64,000 bases of DNA from an uncultured Actinomycetes bacterium (GTDB taxonomy: Bacteria > Actinomycetota > UBA4738 > HRBIN12): the NCBI GenBank assembly GCA_963704725.1, contig OY969934.1, forward strand, positions 3,360,001 to 3,424,000. Direction: 5' to 3'. Position 1 is the first letter of the stretch. Each line of letters starts with the position of its first letter. Position numbers and translations under genes: made by a program. Shown here one piece after another: positions 26,146-35,798 of this stretch. A model generated the notes under the pieces. The model was not told the DNA's origin and searched no databases. It was given only the letters and a program-made list of their open reading frames with translations.

Positions 26146-28647
26146 CTATCCCTCCGCGGCGGTGGGCGCGTCGCCGTCGCCGGGCGAGGATCGCTTGGCG
26201 CTCGGCCGCTTCGACGTGGTCCTCGAACGCTTGGTCGTGGAACGCTTGGCGCTCGAACGCTTGGCGGCGGATTTCGCGCCCCGCGCCTTCGAGCGCTCGG
26301 CCCGGGCTGCCGCCTTCGCCGCGCGTGCCTGGGCCTCCGCCTCCGGGTCTCCGTGCTTGTGGACGGCGAACTCGCGGTCGAGCTCGGCGCCGCAGTTCCA
26401 GCACCGGTAGCTCTTCGGCCGCTCGAGGAGGATCGACCCGCACTCCGGGCACGGGTGGTCCTTCACCGGCAGGTTGCTCACGGCGAAGTCGCACTCCGGG
26501 TACCGGTCGCACCCGTAGAAGAGCCCGAACCGCGTCCGCTTCTCCACGATCTGGCCCTGCCCGCACTGGGGGCACGTGATCTCGAGGCTCCTGGGTGGGT
26601 CCTTCTTGATGTACCGGCACTCAGGATAGCCGGAGCACCCCACGAACGGGCCGTACCGGCCGACCTTGCGCTGCAGCGGCTTGCCGCACTCGGGGCACAG
26701 CTCGTCGAGCGTCTCGGGCTCGGGGCGGACCTCGCCGTTGAGGTTGCGGATGTACTTGCACCCGCCGTCCTCCTCGGCGAAGCGCGTGCACCCGATGAAG
26801 CGCCCGTACCGGCCGAGGCGGATCTGGAGCCGTCCCGGCGGGGTCCGCCCCTCCTCGATGCACCGGGGGCACTCCTCGTCCAGGTCCTCCACGTAGCGCT
26901 CGAACTTCTCCTCGGCGCGCGAGAGGTCCTCGGAGAACGGGACCCAGAACTCGCGAAGGACCGACGAGCGGTGCGAATCGCCCTCGGCGATCTCGTCGAG
27001 CTCTCCCTCCATCTTCGCCGTGAAGTTCACGTCGACGACGTCGGCGAAGTGCTCGACGAGCTTGTCGATGACTACCTCGGCCACGTCCTCGGGGAAGAAC
27101 CGCTTGTCCTCCAGCCGGACGTAGCCGCGGTCCTGGATCGTGGAGATGATCGAGGCGTACGTCGAGGGGCGGCCGATCCCGAGCTCCTCGAGCGTCTTCA
27201 CCAGCGAGGCCTCCGAGTACCGGGGCGGCGGCTGGGTGAAGTGCTGTTCGGGCAGGACCTCGAGCATCCGCAGCACCTGCTCCGGCGTGAGGTCGGGAAG
27301 GCGGTTCTCGGCGTCCTCGTCGGGCCCCTCGTCCCGGCCCTCGGTGTACACGCGGATGAAGCCGTCGAAGATCAACGTCTGCCCGGTCGCACGCAGCCCG
27401 TACGTGCCGCCGTCGGCCGTCGCCTCCACGTCCACCCCGACCTGGTTGAAGCGCGCCTCGGCCATCTGCGTGGCCACCGTCCGCCGCCAGATCATCGTGT
27501 ACAGGCGGAGCTGGTCGCGATCGAGCGTGGCGGCCAGCCGCTCGGGGCTCCGCAGCACCGACGTCGGGCGGATCGCCTCGTGGGCCTCCTGCGCGTTGCG
27601 CGAGCGCGTCCGATAGCGCCGCGGCTCGGCAAGCGCGTACGCCGGCCCGAACTCGCCCCGGACGACCTCGGCGATCTCACGGAGCGCGCTCTCGGCCAGG
27701 CTCACCGAGTCCGTACGCATGTACGTGATGAGCCCGACCGTTCCCTCGCCGGGCAGGTTGATCCCCTCGTACAGGCGCTGGGCGATCGTCATCGTCTTGC
27801 GCGCCCCGAAGCCGAGCTTGCGCGCCGCCTCCTGCTGCAGGGTGGAGGTGGTGAACGGCGGCGAGGGCGAGCGCTTGCGCTCCTTGCGCTCGACCTTGGC
27901 CACCCGGTACGCGGAGGCGCGGAGGCGCTCGACGTGGGCGGCCGCGTCGGCCTCCGCCCGCAGGAGCAGTCCTTTCTTGTCCGGCGACGCCGCGAGCTTG
28001 CCGTCCGGCACCTGCGCGAGGTGCGCCACGAACGGCTGCGGGTCGCCCTCGGGCGTGAGACGGACGTCCACGCTCCAGTACTCGACCGGGGTGAACGCCC
28101 GGATCTCGCGCTCGCGCTCCACGATGAGCCGGACGGCCACCGACTGAACGCGGCCCGCGGACAGACCCGGCCGGACCCGGCGCCACAGGATCGGGCTGAT
28201 CTTGTAGCCGACCAGGCGGTCCAGGACCCGGCGGGCCTCCTGGGCGTCGACGAGCTTGAGGTCGACCTCGCGCGGGTGGCGGAAGGCCTCGAGGATGGCG
28301 TCGCGCGTGATCTCGGTGAACGTGACCCGCTTGGCGCCGGCCGGGTCCACCCCGAGCAGGCTCGCCACGTGGAAGGCGATCGCCTCGCCCTCGCGGTCGT
28401 AGTCCGTCGCCAGGACGAGATCGCCCGTGTCCTTCAGCGCCTTCTTCAGGGCCGAGACGTGCTTCTTCGAGTCCTCGGGGACCTCGTAGGTGACCTGGAA
28501 GTCGTCGTCGACGTCTACGCCGAGGTCGCTCTTGGGCAGGTCGCGGATGTGGCCGTAGGAGGCCCGGACCGCATAGTCCGTGCCGAGGTACCGCTCGATC
28601 GTCTTCGCCTTGGCGGGCGATTCGACAACCACCAGCGTTTTCGCCAT
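26146..28647 (-). CDS. topA: DNA topoisomerase I (type IA) with C4 zinc ribbons and basic tail
   Basis: VVESPAKAKTI, ATDYDREGE, SAGRVQS, GLITYMRTDS, AQEAHEAIRPT, GIGRPSTY; repeated CPxC...GC motifs. Confidence 0.97.
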   Translation of the reverse strand: MAKTLVVVESPAKAKTIERYLGTDYAVRASYGHIRDLPKSDLGVDVDDDFQVTYEVPEDSKKHVSALKKALKDTGDLVLATDYDREGEAIAFHVASLLGVDPAGAKRVTFTEITRDAILEAFRHPREVDLKLVDAQEARRVLDRLVGYKISPILWRRVRPGLSAGRVQSVAVRLIVEREREIRAFTPVEYWSVDVRLTPEGDPQPFVAHLAQVPDGKLAASPDKKGLLLRAEADAAAHVERLRASAYRVAKVERKERKRSPSPPFTTSTLQQEAARKLGFGARKTMTIAQRLYEGINLPGEGTVGLITYMRTDSVSLAESALREIAEVVRGEFGPAYALAEPRRYRTRSRNAQEAHEAIRPTSVLRSPERLAATLDRDQLRLYTMIWRRTVATQMAEARFNQVGVDVEATADGGTYGLRATGQTLIFDGFIRVYTEGRDEGPDEDAENRLPDLTPEQVLRMLEVLPEQHFTQPPPRYSEASLVKTLEELGIGRPSTYASIISTIQDRGYVRLEDKRFFPEDVAEVVIDKLVEHFADVVDVNFTAKMEGELDEIAEGDSHRSSVLREFWVPFSEDLSRAEEKFERYVEDLDEECPRCIEEGRTPPGRLQIRLGRYGRFIGCTRFAEEDGGCKYIRNLNGEVRPEPETLDELCPECGKPLQRKVGRYGPFVGCSGYPECRYIKKDPPRSLEITCPQCGQGQIVEKRTRFGLFYGCDRYPECDFAVSNLPVKDHPCPECGSILLERPKSYRCWNCGAELDREFAVHKHGDPEAEAQARAAKAAARAERSKARGAKSAAKRSSAKRSTTKRSRTTSKRPSAKRSSPGDGDAPTAAEG

Positions 28648-28844
28648 ACGTTCATCACGTCCGTCGTGTGGGAGTTCGAGGTCCGGCGCCCGAGGGGGAC
28701 CTCGCGGCGCAGGGTACCAGCCCCCACGGTCAACCCCGGGATTATCGGCCCGAGGGCCCCGGGAGGTGTACGGGGCGTCAACCCGACCGGCTCGTGGAAC
28801 ACGGTGGTAGGGTCCGTTCATTCCCGCTCGGCCGGGGGTTCACG

Positions 28845-29564
28845 CTGCTCGCGATCCTCAACTCGTTCGTCACGCAGGAGATCGCCAGGTACGGCTACCT
28901 CGCGATCTTCCTGCTCATGGTGCTGGAATCGGCCTGCGTCCCGATCCCCTCGGAGGTCACCATGCTCTTCGGGGGCGCCCTGGTGTCGGCCTCGTTCCTG
29001 GCCCCGGAGCGCCAGCTCGAGTTCTGGCTGGTCGTGGCGGTCGGCACGGCGGGCAACCTGGTGGGGTCCTGGCTCGCCTACTGGGCCGGGTACGCCGGGG
29101 GACGGCCCCTCATCGACCGGTGGGGCCGGTACCTGCTGATCCGGCCGCACGAGGTGGACCGGGCCCATGACTGGTTCGAGCGCCACGGCGAGCTCGCGGT
29201 GCTGGGGGGGCGGGTCCTGCCGGTCGTACGGACCTTCATCAGCCTGCCGGCCGGCGTCGTGCGGATGCGCGCCGGCAGGTTCACCGTCTACACGCTGCTC
29301 GGGACGGTGCCGTGGTGCCTGCTCCTCACGTGGCTCGGCTACCTCCTGGGGGAGCGGTGGGAGACGGTGGACCGCATCATCCGACCCTTCTCCTGGGCCA
29401 TCGCCGTGGCGATCGTGGCCGGCGGGGCCTGGTTCGTGCGGCAACGCCTCCGGGCCATCCGCCGGGACGAGCAGGAGCGGCGGGCCCGGGCGCAGGAGGC
29501 CGAAGCCGTCGCGGCGCAGGCGCGCGAGGACGCCGGCGACATCGTGGAGCGGCAGGCCCCCTAG
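28845..29564 (+). CDS. DedA family membrane protein
   Basis: LESACVPIPSE, YWAGYAGGR, WFERHG, RVLPVVRTFISLPAG. Start uncertain (CTG 28845 or GTG 28794). Confidence 0.9.
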   Translation: MLAILNSFVTQEIARYGYLAIFLLMVLESACVPIPSEVTMLFGGALVSASFLAPERQLEFWLVVAVGTAGNLVGSWLAYWAGYAGGRPLIDRWGRYLLIRPHEVDRAHDWFERHGELAVLGGRVLPVVRTFISLPAGVVRMRAGRFTVYTLLGTVPWCLLLTWLGYLLGERWETVDRIIRPFSWAIAVAIVAGGAWFVRQRLRAIRRDEQERRARAQEAEAVAAQAREDAGDIVERQAP

Positions 29565-30049
29565 CCGAGATCGGCGCGCATCACCCAGGTCGAGCCGTCG
29601 GCGTCCTCGCGCACCTTCTGGAAGCCCGTCCGCTCGTACATCATCCGCGAGCGGTTGTGCACGGCCACCGAGAGCGAGAGCGACTGGAACCCGTCCTCGC
29701 GCGCCTGGACCATGAGGGCCCGCAGCAGGGTCTCGCCGATGCCCCTGCGCCGGTGCAGCGGCACGACCGCGATGCCCAGCTCGGGCGTCTTCTCGTCCAC
29801 GAACCCGAACCCCGGCTCGTCCTGCGTGAACAGGCGGTACCAGGCGGCCCCGACCGGTTCGCCGTCGAGCTCGGCGATCACGCCCGCGTCGCCGGGGCGC
29901 CCCCAGGCCCGGTGGTACCGCTCCAGGACGGGGTCCGCGAGGGCGGCGATGGTCTGCTCCCGCGGCCAGTCCGGGTTCCACGCGGCCGCCTCGTACAGCA
30001 TGGTCTTCAGGAACCCCACGTCCTGCGAGCCGGCCGGCCGGATGTTCAC
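29561..30049 (-). CDS. GNAT N-acetyltransferase
   Basis: PELGIAVVPLHRRRGIG motif A, LSV..HN...MYERTGF. Confidence 0.9.
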   Translation of the reverse strand: MNIRPAGSQDVGFLKTMLYEAAAWNPDWPREQTIAALADPVLERYHRAWGRPGDAGVIAELDGEPVGAAWYRLFTQDEPGFGFVDEKTPELGIAVVPLHRRRGIGETLLRALMVQAREDGFQSLSLSVAVHNRSRMMYERTGFQKVREDADGSTWVMRADLG

Positions 30050-30105
30050 CGCGATCGCCCTCCCCGGGGGTGGGAGGACACCCTACCCCGAGCGCGACCC
30101 CCGCT

Positions 30106-31485
30106 TCACCCGAGCGGCTCGAACCGCGCCGTGAAGTGGCGGAGCTGCGGCGGCTCGTGGACGATCCGGTAGCCGGGCAGCTCGCCGGCGCGCCGGGCGA
30201 CCGAGGCGGCCACCTCCAGGACGTAGTCGACGTGGCTCTGCGTGTACGTGCGGCGCGGGATCGCCAGGCGGACGAGGTCCATCGCCGCCGGGGCCTCGGT
30301 CCCGTCCGGGCGCCGCCCGAACATCACGGTGCCGATCTCCACGCTGCGGATCCCGCCGGCCTCGTACAGCGCGACGGCGAGCGACTGGCCCGGGTACGAG
30401 AGCGGGGGCACGTGCGGCAGCAGCGCGCGGGCGTCCACGTACACGGCGTGCCCTCCGGCGGGCTTGACGATGGGGATGCCGGCGCGCTCGAGACCGTCGG
30501 CCAGGTACTCGGTCGAGCGGATCCGGTACCGCAGGTAGTGCTCGTCGACGCACTCGCGAAGTCCCTGCGCGATCGCCTCGAGGTCCCGGCCGGCCAGGCC
30601 GCCGTACGTCGGGAACCCCTCGGTGAGGATCAGCAGGTTCCGGCAGCGCTCTGCGAGGTCGGCGTCGCGCATCGCCAGCCACCCGCCGATGTTGGCCATG
30701 GGGTCCTTCTTCGCGCTCATCGTCATCCCGTCGGCGAGCGAGGCGAATTCGCGGACGATGTCGGGCACCGAGCGCTCCGCCTGGCCCTCCTCGCGCAGCT
30801 TCACGAACCAGGCGTTCTCGGCGAACCGGCAGGCGTCGAGGAACAGCGGAACCCCGAACCGGTCGCAGAGCTCCCGTACCCCCCGGAGGTTGGCCAGCGA
30901 GACCGGCTGCCCGCCGCCGGAGTTGTTCGTGATCGTGACGAAGACCACGGGCACGTCGCCGGCGCGGCGCGACAGCAGGTCCTCGAGCGCCTCGAGATCC
31001 ATGTTGCCCTTGAAGGGATGCACGGTGGCCGGCTCCCGCCCCTCGGGGATCACCAGGTCCACGGCCTCCGCGCCGGTGAACTCGACGTTGGCCCGCGTGG
31101 TATCGAAATGCGTGTTGTTCGGAACGACCTTGCCGGTGCCTCCGAGCGCGGCGAACAGGATCTTCTCGGCGGCCCTCCCCTGGTGCGTCGGGATGACGTG
31201 AGGGAAGGGGAACAGCTCCTGCACGGCCTCCAGGAACACGTACCACGAGGGCGATCCCGCGTAGCTCTCGTCGCCGTGCTGGATCGCCGCCCACTGATCC
31301 CGCGACATCGCCCCGGTGCCGGAGTCGGTCAGGAGATCGATCAGGACGTGGTCCGCGTGCAGGTTGAACAGGTTGTAGCCGGCCTGTCGGATCCTCGCGG
31401 CGCGCTCCTCCTCCGTGAGGAACCGCAGCGGCTCGACCGAGTGGATCCGGAACGGCTCGATGATCGTGCGGAAGCCGTACGGCAC
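30106..31485 (-). CDS. tnaA: Tryptophanase (beta-eliminating lyase)
   Basis: IDLLTDSGT, GDESYAGS, THQGRAAE, MSAKKD (PLP Lys), EGFPTYGG; C-terminal LRHFTARF has His as in TnaA, not Phe as in tyrosine phenol-lyase. Confidence 0.85.
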   Translation of the reverse strand: MPYGFRTIIEPFRIHSVEPLRFLTEEERAARIRQAGYNLFNLHADHVLIDLLTDSGTGAMSRDQWAAIQHGDESYAGSPSWYVFLEAVQELFPFPHVIPTHQGRAAEKILFAALGGTGKVVPNNTHFDTTRANVEFTGAEAVDLVIPEGREPATVHPFKGNMDLEALEDLLSRRAGDVPVVFVTITNNSGGGQPVSLANLRGVRELCDRFGVPLFLDACRFAENAWFVKLREEGQAERSVPDIVREFASLADGMTMSAKKDPMANIGGWLAMRDADLAERCRNLLILTEGFPTYGGLAGRDLEAIAQGLRECVDEHYLRYRIRSTEYLADGLERAGIPIVKPAGGHAVYVDARALLPHVPPLSYPGQSLAVALYEAGGIRSVEIGTVMFGRRPDGTEAPAAMDLVRLAIPRRTYTQSHVDYVLEVAASVARRAGELPGYRIVHEPPQLRHFTARFEPLG

Positions 31486-31538
31486 AGCCCGATGCTAGCC
31501 CACCCGTCGTTCCCCGCCCGGGGGCGTACATTCGGAGC

Positions 31539-32189
31539 ATGGGACTGTTCCCCGAGGCCGAGCACTCGACCGAGCCCATCCTGGGCTGGAGGGCGTGGCG
31601 TTTGCAGGAGCTCGAGGGCGGCCTTCGGATCGTCCCGACGACGCCGCGCTCGGCGTGGGAGCCGCGCGTCGCGATCCACGCCACGTGCAGCGGGAGCCAC
31701 ACCCGCGAGTACATGATCTTCAACCCGGACCTCGCCAAGTTCCACCGCAGCCCGGAGCCCGGGTGCACCTGCGGGATCCACGCGCTCAAGGACCCGTCGC
31801 GGCTGGCCAGGTCCGGACGCACGGCCGCGGTGGTCGGCCGCGTGGCGATGTGGGGCCGGGTGGTGGAGCACACGAAGGGGTATCGGGCGGAGTTCGCCTA
31901 CCCCTCGCGCCTCCGGCTCGTGTGCTCGTGGTGCCTGTGGTACGGGCGCCTGCCGGCGATCGCGGACCGCGTGTTCGAGCACGGCGGGACCCTCCGGCCG
32001 TCGTGCGCCGCGCACGCGGACCGGCCGGCCGCGGTGGGCACCGTCCTCGACGTCGAGGAGGTGCAGCAGCGGATGCTCGACACGTACGGGGTGGAATCGC
32101 TGCCCGCCGAGAGCTTCCGGCCGCTCGACGAGGACCGGCCGGCCGACATGGTCACCCGGATCCTCCAGGCGTTCGAACGCCGGCGGTAG
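31539..32189 (+). CDS. Hypothetical Cys/His-rich protein
   Basis: GWRAW...CTCGIHA...WGRVVEHTKGYRAEFAYP, CSWC, CAAH; ATG 6 nt after TACATT. Confidence 0.75.
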   Translation: MGLFPEAEHSTEPILGWRAWRLQELEGGLRIVPTTPRSAWEPRVAIHATCSGSHTREYMIFNPDLAKFHRSPEPGCTCGIHALKDPSRLARSGRTAAVVGRVAMWGRVVEHTKGYRAEFAYPSRLRLVCSWCLWYGRLPAIADRVFEHGGTLRPSCAAHADRPAAVGTVLDVEEVQQRMLDTYGVESLPAESFRPLDEDRPADMVTRILQAFERRR

Positions 32190-32196
32190 ATCCGGC

Positions 32197-32745
32197 CTAG
32201 AGCTCGATCTCTCCCGCCACCTGCTGCAGCCCCTCGATCGAGACCGCCAGGAACTCGTCGAGCGGCAGCCCGATCCCCTCCTCGACGCCCGTGACCTCGT
32301 CGCGGTTCACCCCGGGCGCGAACGCCTTCTCCTTGAGCTTCTTCTTCACGCTCGAGACCTTCATGCCCACCGACCGCTCGGGCCGGACGAGGGCGGCGGC
32401 GACCAGGAGTCCCGCCACGGCGTCCGCGTGCACGACCGCTCGGGACATCAGGTCGGTCCGGTATTCGGGCCATGCGTGGGCGAGCACGCCGTTGATCACG
32501 CGCTCGTCGACCTCGGCCTCCCGCAGCCAGCCCTCCGCCAGCCGCGCGTGGTTTGACGCGTCGTCGCCCGTGTGGTCCTGGTCAAGATCGTGGAACAGGC
32601 CGGTGAGACCCCATAGGTCCTCGTCTTCCCCGAACCGCCGAGCCAGCCCGCGCATCACGCCCTCCACCGAGATGAGGTGGCGCACGGTCGTCTCCTTCAG
32701 GCAGCGCTCGCGCGCCAGCGCGTGCGCGGTCTCCCGATCCATCAT
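32197..32745 (-). CDS. HD-superfamily metal-dependent hydrolase
   Basis: RHLISVEGVM, GLFHDLD, VLAH, HADAVAG, KKLKEKAFAPGVNR; start overlaps the permease stop. Confidence 0.85.
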   Translation of the reverse strand: MMDRETAHALARERCLKETTVRHLISVEGVMRGLARRFGEDEDLWGLTGLFHDLDQDHTGDDASNHARLAEGWLREAEVDERVINGVLAHAWPEYRTDLMSRAVVHADAVAGLLVAAALVRPERSVGMKVSSVKKKLKEKAFAPGVNRDEVTGVEEGIGLPLDEFLAVSIEGLQQVAGEIEL

Positions 32746-35084
32746 CTCGGTGCCGCCTCCTCCTTCGCTGCGCTCCCGAGCGCGAACGGCACGCTCGACA
32801 GGATCACGTTGGGCTCGAACAGGAACAGCCGCTTCACGAACAGCGCGTTCTGGTTGTGGAGCAGGAGATGTCGCCACTTCGACACGACGAACTCGGGCAC
32901 GACGACCATCGCCAGCGTCCCCGGCCGCGTCGAGAACCGCCGGACCTCATCCAGCATCGGACCGGTCAGATCGCGGAACGGCGCCTCGACGATGTCGAGA
33001 GGGACCGGGATCCCGGCCTCCGCCCACTGCTGCTGCATGGAGTGGGCGGTCTCCGGGTCGAGATCGAAGTAGATCGCCCGGGTCTCCGACGCCTCGAGGG
33101 TCAGCGCGAAGTTCACCGCGCGGAGGGTCGCATCATGGACCGCCGACACGAACACCAGCGCCAGCGTGCGGGTGGGGATCAACGGCCGGGCGTCGACCCC
33201 GACCGGGCGGCCGTCCTCGACGACGACGGGAACGTCGGTGACGACGATGTTGCGCTCGCGGAGGAGGCCGGCCTTCAGCCGGATCAGTGCCGTGTGCCGG
33301 AACAGGTACGCGAGCAGGGACCCCTTCACAACCTCGGGGATCAGGACGTTCACGAAGTCCTCGGGCGCGCGGTCGATGGCCCGCACGTACCGTCGGAGTG
33401 CGTCGAGCAGATTGGCGCCGTCCATCGGGAGCGGCTCGAGCGGAGGCGCCTCCATCGAGAAGGCCCGCCATCGCTCCTGCAACTCGATCGGGATGGGCCC
33501 GTCGCAGGGATGGACGATGTGAAGATCGGAGGGGCGGACGGAGCGGACGACTCCGATCGCCTCCACCGCGGCGGCGTCGAGCTCCCGGATCACGAGGATC
33601 ATGTGATTCACGCCGGCCGGGCCCGGTCGGACCGTCCCCCGCCTGAGCTGCCGCATCACGACGGAGTAGTGGCGGTGGATCGACATGAACGTCGGCACCA
33701 GCAAGGCCATCGCCGTGATCGAGAGCCACGCCCCGTGCTTGAACTTCGTGTAGGTAATCACGATGAGGACGAGGCCTGTCGTGATCGCGCCGACGCCGTT
33801 GATCACGATCGAGCGCTGCCAGCCGCGCGGAGCCTCATCCCCCTTCCGTCGCTCCTCGAGCCAGCGTCGGACCATCCCGGTCTGCGAGAGCGTGAACGCC
33901 GTGAACACGCCCACGACATACAGCTGGATCAGCTGGGTGAGGTTGGCCTTGAACACGACGATGATGAGGCTCGCAACGAACGCCAGACCCACCACGCCGT
34001 TGGAGAAGACCAGCCGGTCTCCGCGGTTCATGAACTGACGTGGCATGAAGTGATCGCGGGCAAGGATCGCCGACAGCCGTGGGAAGTCCTGGTAGGCCGT
34101 GTTCGCGGCCAGGATGAGGATCGCAGCCGTGAAGAAGGACAGGATGTAGAAACCGATCCCGCCGCCGAAGATCGCGTGGCCGATCTGCGCGATCACGGTT
34201 CGCTCGTCGCTCACGGTCACGTTCGCGATGTGGGTCGCGAGATAGGAGATCCCGAGGAACATCGTGATGGCGATCGTCCCCATGATCGCGAGCGTCTCGG
34301 CCGCGTTCTTGGACTGCGGGCGGCGGAACGCCGGCACGCCGTCGGCGATGGCTTCGACGCCGGTGAGGGCCGTCGAACCCGACGAGAACGCATGCAGGAT
34401 CACGAACAGGGAGATTGGGCCCGCGACCTGCGCGACATCGTGACCCGCCGTGATGGTCTCCGCCGCCGGACAGCCGCCCAGGCACCGGACGACCCCGAGC
34501 GCGATCATGAGCAGGACCGTCGCGATGAAGCCGTACGTGGGGATCGCGAACAGCGTGCCCGCCTCTCGAACGCCGCGGAGGTTGGCCAGCGTGATGAACA
34601 CGACGAACCCGACGGACATCGCCACCCGCGAACCGATCAGGCTGGGGGCCGCCGAGGTGATCGCGTAGACGCCCGCCACGACCGAAACGACGACGGTCAT
34701 CACATAGTCCACCAGCAGAGCCGAGGCTGCCACGAGTCCCGCGAACTGGCCGAGATGCTCCTTGCTCACGATGTATGAGCCGCCCCCGGTGGGATAGGCC
34801 CGCACCGTCTGGCGATACGACATGACCACGATCGCAAGCAGGGTCGCGATGGCGATGGCGATCGGGAACACGAACCGCCTTCCGTCGGCACTCGCCGCCA
34901 GCAGGACGATCATGATCTCCTCGGTGGCGTAGGCGACCGAGGACATCGGGTCGGAGCTGAAGACCGGCAACGCGAGGATCTTCGGCAGGAGCGTGTGCTC
35001 GAGACGGTTGCTCGCCTTCGCCCGGCCGACCAGCACGCGTTTGAGGACCGATCCACCGGACCCGGGAGGCGCCTTCAGCGACAT
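32742..35084 (-). CDS. APC-family KimA/YdaO-like K+ transporter, copy 1
   Basis: FSSDPMSSVAYATEE, YPTGGGSY, LLVDY, TGVEAIADG, AANTAYQDFPRL, GDRLVFSNG, LYVVGVFTAFTLSQ, LLHNQ. Confidence 0.9.
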   Translation of the reverse strand: MSLKAPPGSGGSVLKRVLVGRAKASNRLEHTLLPKILALPVFSSDPMSSVAYATEEIMIVLLAASADGRRFVFPIAIAIATLLAIVVMSYRQTVRAYPTGGGSYIVSKEHLGQFAGLVAASALLVDYVMTVVVSVVAGVYAITSAAPSLIGSRVAMSVGFVVFITLANLRGVREAGTLFAIPTYGFIATVLLMIALGVVRCLGGCPAAETITAGHDVAQVAGPISLFVILHAFSSGSTALTGVEAIADGVPAFRRPQSKNAAETLAIMGTIAITMFLGISYLATHIANVTVSDERTVIAQIGHAIFGGGIGFYILSFFTAAILILAANTAYQDFPRLSAILARDHFMPRQFMNRGDRLVFSNGVVGLAFVASLIIVVFKANLTQLIQLYVVGVFTAFTLSQTGMVRRWLEERRKGDEAPRGWQRSIVINGVGAITTGLVLIVITYTKFKHGAWLSITAMALLVPTFMSIHRHYSVVMRQLRRGTVRPGPAGVNHMILVIRELDAAAVEAIGVVRSVRPSDLHIVHPCDGPIPIELQERWRAFSMEAPPLEPLPMDGANLLDALRRYVRAIDRAPEDFVNVLIPEVVKGSLLAYLFRHTALIRLKAGLLRERNIVVTDVPVVVEDGRPVGVDARPLIPTRTLALVFVSAVHDATLRAVNFALTLEASETRAIYFDLDPETAHSMQQQWAEAGIPVPLDIVEAPFRDLTGPMLDEVRRFSTRPGTLAMVVVPEFVVSKWRHLLLHNQNALFVKRLFLFEPNVILSSVPFALGSAAKEEAAPR

Positions 35085-35096
35085 CGGAGGCAGATG

Positions 35097-35798
35097 CTAC
35101 GACGCCTGAGCATCGGTCCGGGTTGCGATCCAGCGGTACCCCACGCCCGGCTCGGTGAGGATCAGGCGCGGCGCCGTGGCATCGTCCCCGAGCTTCCTGC
35201 GCAAGGAGCGAACGTAGACCCGGAGGTAGTGGGCCTCCTCCGTGTAGCCGGGTCCCCAGACGCGGCGAAGCAGCCACCGATGCGTGAGGAGCTTGCCGGG
35301 ATTGGTGACCAGAGCCTCGAGGAGGGCGTACTCGGTCTTGGTCAGGTGCAGGGCCTGCTCGCGGAGGGACACGAGCCGTCGTCCCAGGTCGACGACGACG
35401 TCGCCGAACGCGAGAACGGGGGGTGTCGGATCGCCCGCATGACTCCGCCGCAGCGCGGCCCGGAGCCGAGCGAGCACCTCCTCGACCCCGAAGGGCTTGG
35501 TCACGTAGTCGTCCGCTCCGGCGTCGAGCGCCGCGACCTTGTCGGCCTGTCGGTCCCGGACGGACAGGACGATGATCGGGACCTCTGAGAACGAGCGGAC
35601 CCGGCGGATGACGTCGTTGCCATCGAGGTCGGGGAGCCCCAGGTCGAGGAGGATCAGGTCGGGAGCCTGCTCGGCCGCGGCGACGACGGCCTCCCCCCCG
35701 GTCCCCACCGTCGCCACGTCGTAGCCGTGCGCGGAAAGGCTCGTTCGCATCGCGCGGCGGATCTGCGGCTCGTCGTCGACGACCAGGACCTTCGTCAC
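35097..35798 (-). CDS. kdpE: KdpE-like OmpR-family response regulator, copy 1
   Basis: VVDDEPQIRR, LDLGLPD, GADDYVTKPF, HYLRVYVRSLRRKL, ILTEPGVGYR. Confidence 0.88.
   Translation of the reverse strand: MTKVLVVDDEPQIRRAMRTSLSAHGYDVATVGTGGEAVVAAAEQAPDLILLDLGLPDLDGNDVIRRVRSFSEVPIIVLSVRDRQADKVAALDAGADDYVTKPFGVEEVLARLRAALRRSHAGDPTPPVLAFGDVVVDLGRRLVSLREQALHLTKTEYALLEALVTNPGKLLTHRWLLRRVWGPGYTEEAHYLRVYVRSLRRKLGDDATAPRLILTEPGVGYRWIATRTDAQAS

Noticed and set aside
30106-31485. Tyrosine phenol-lyase assignment
   Set aside because: The C-terminal LRHF has the tryptophanase-type His; substrate still unproven.
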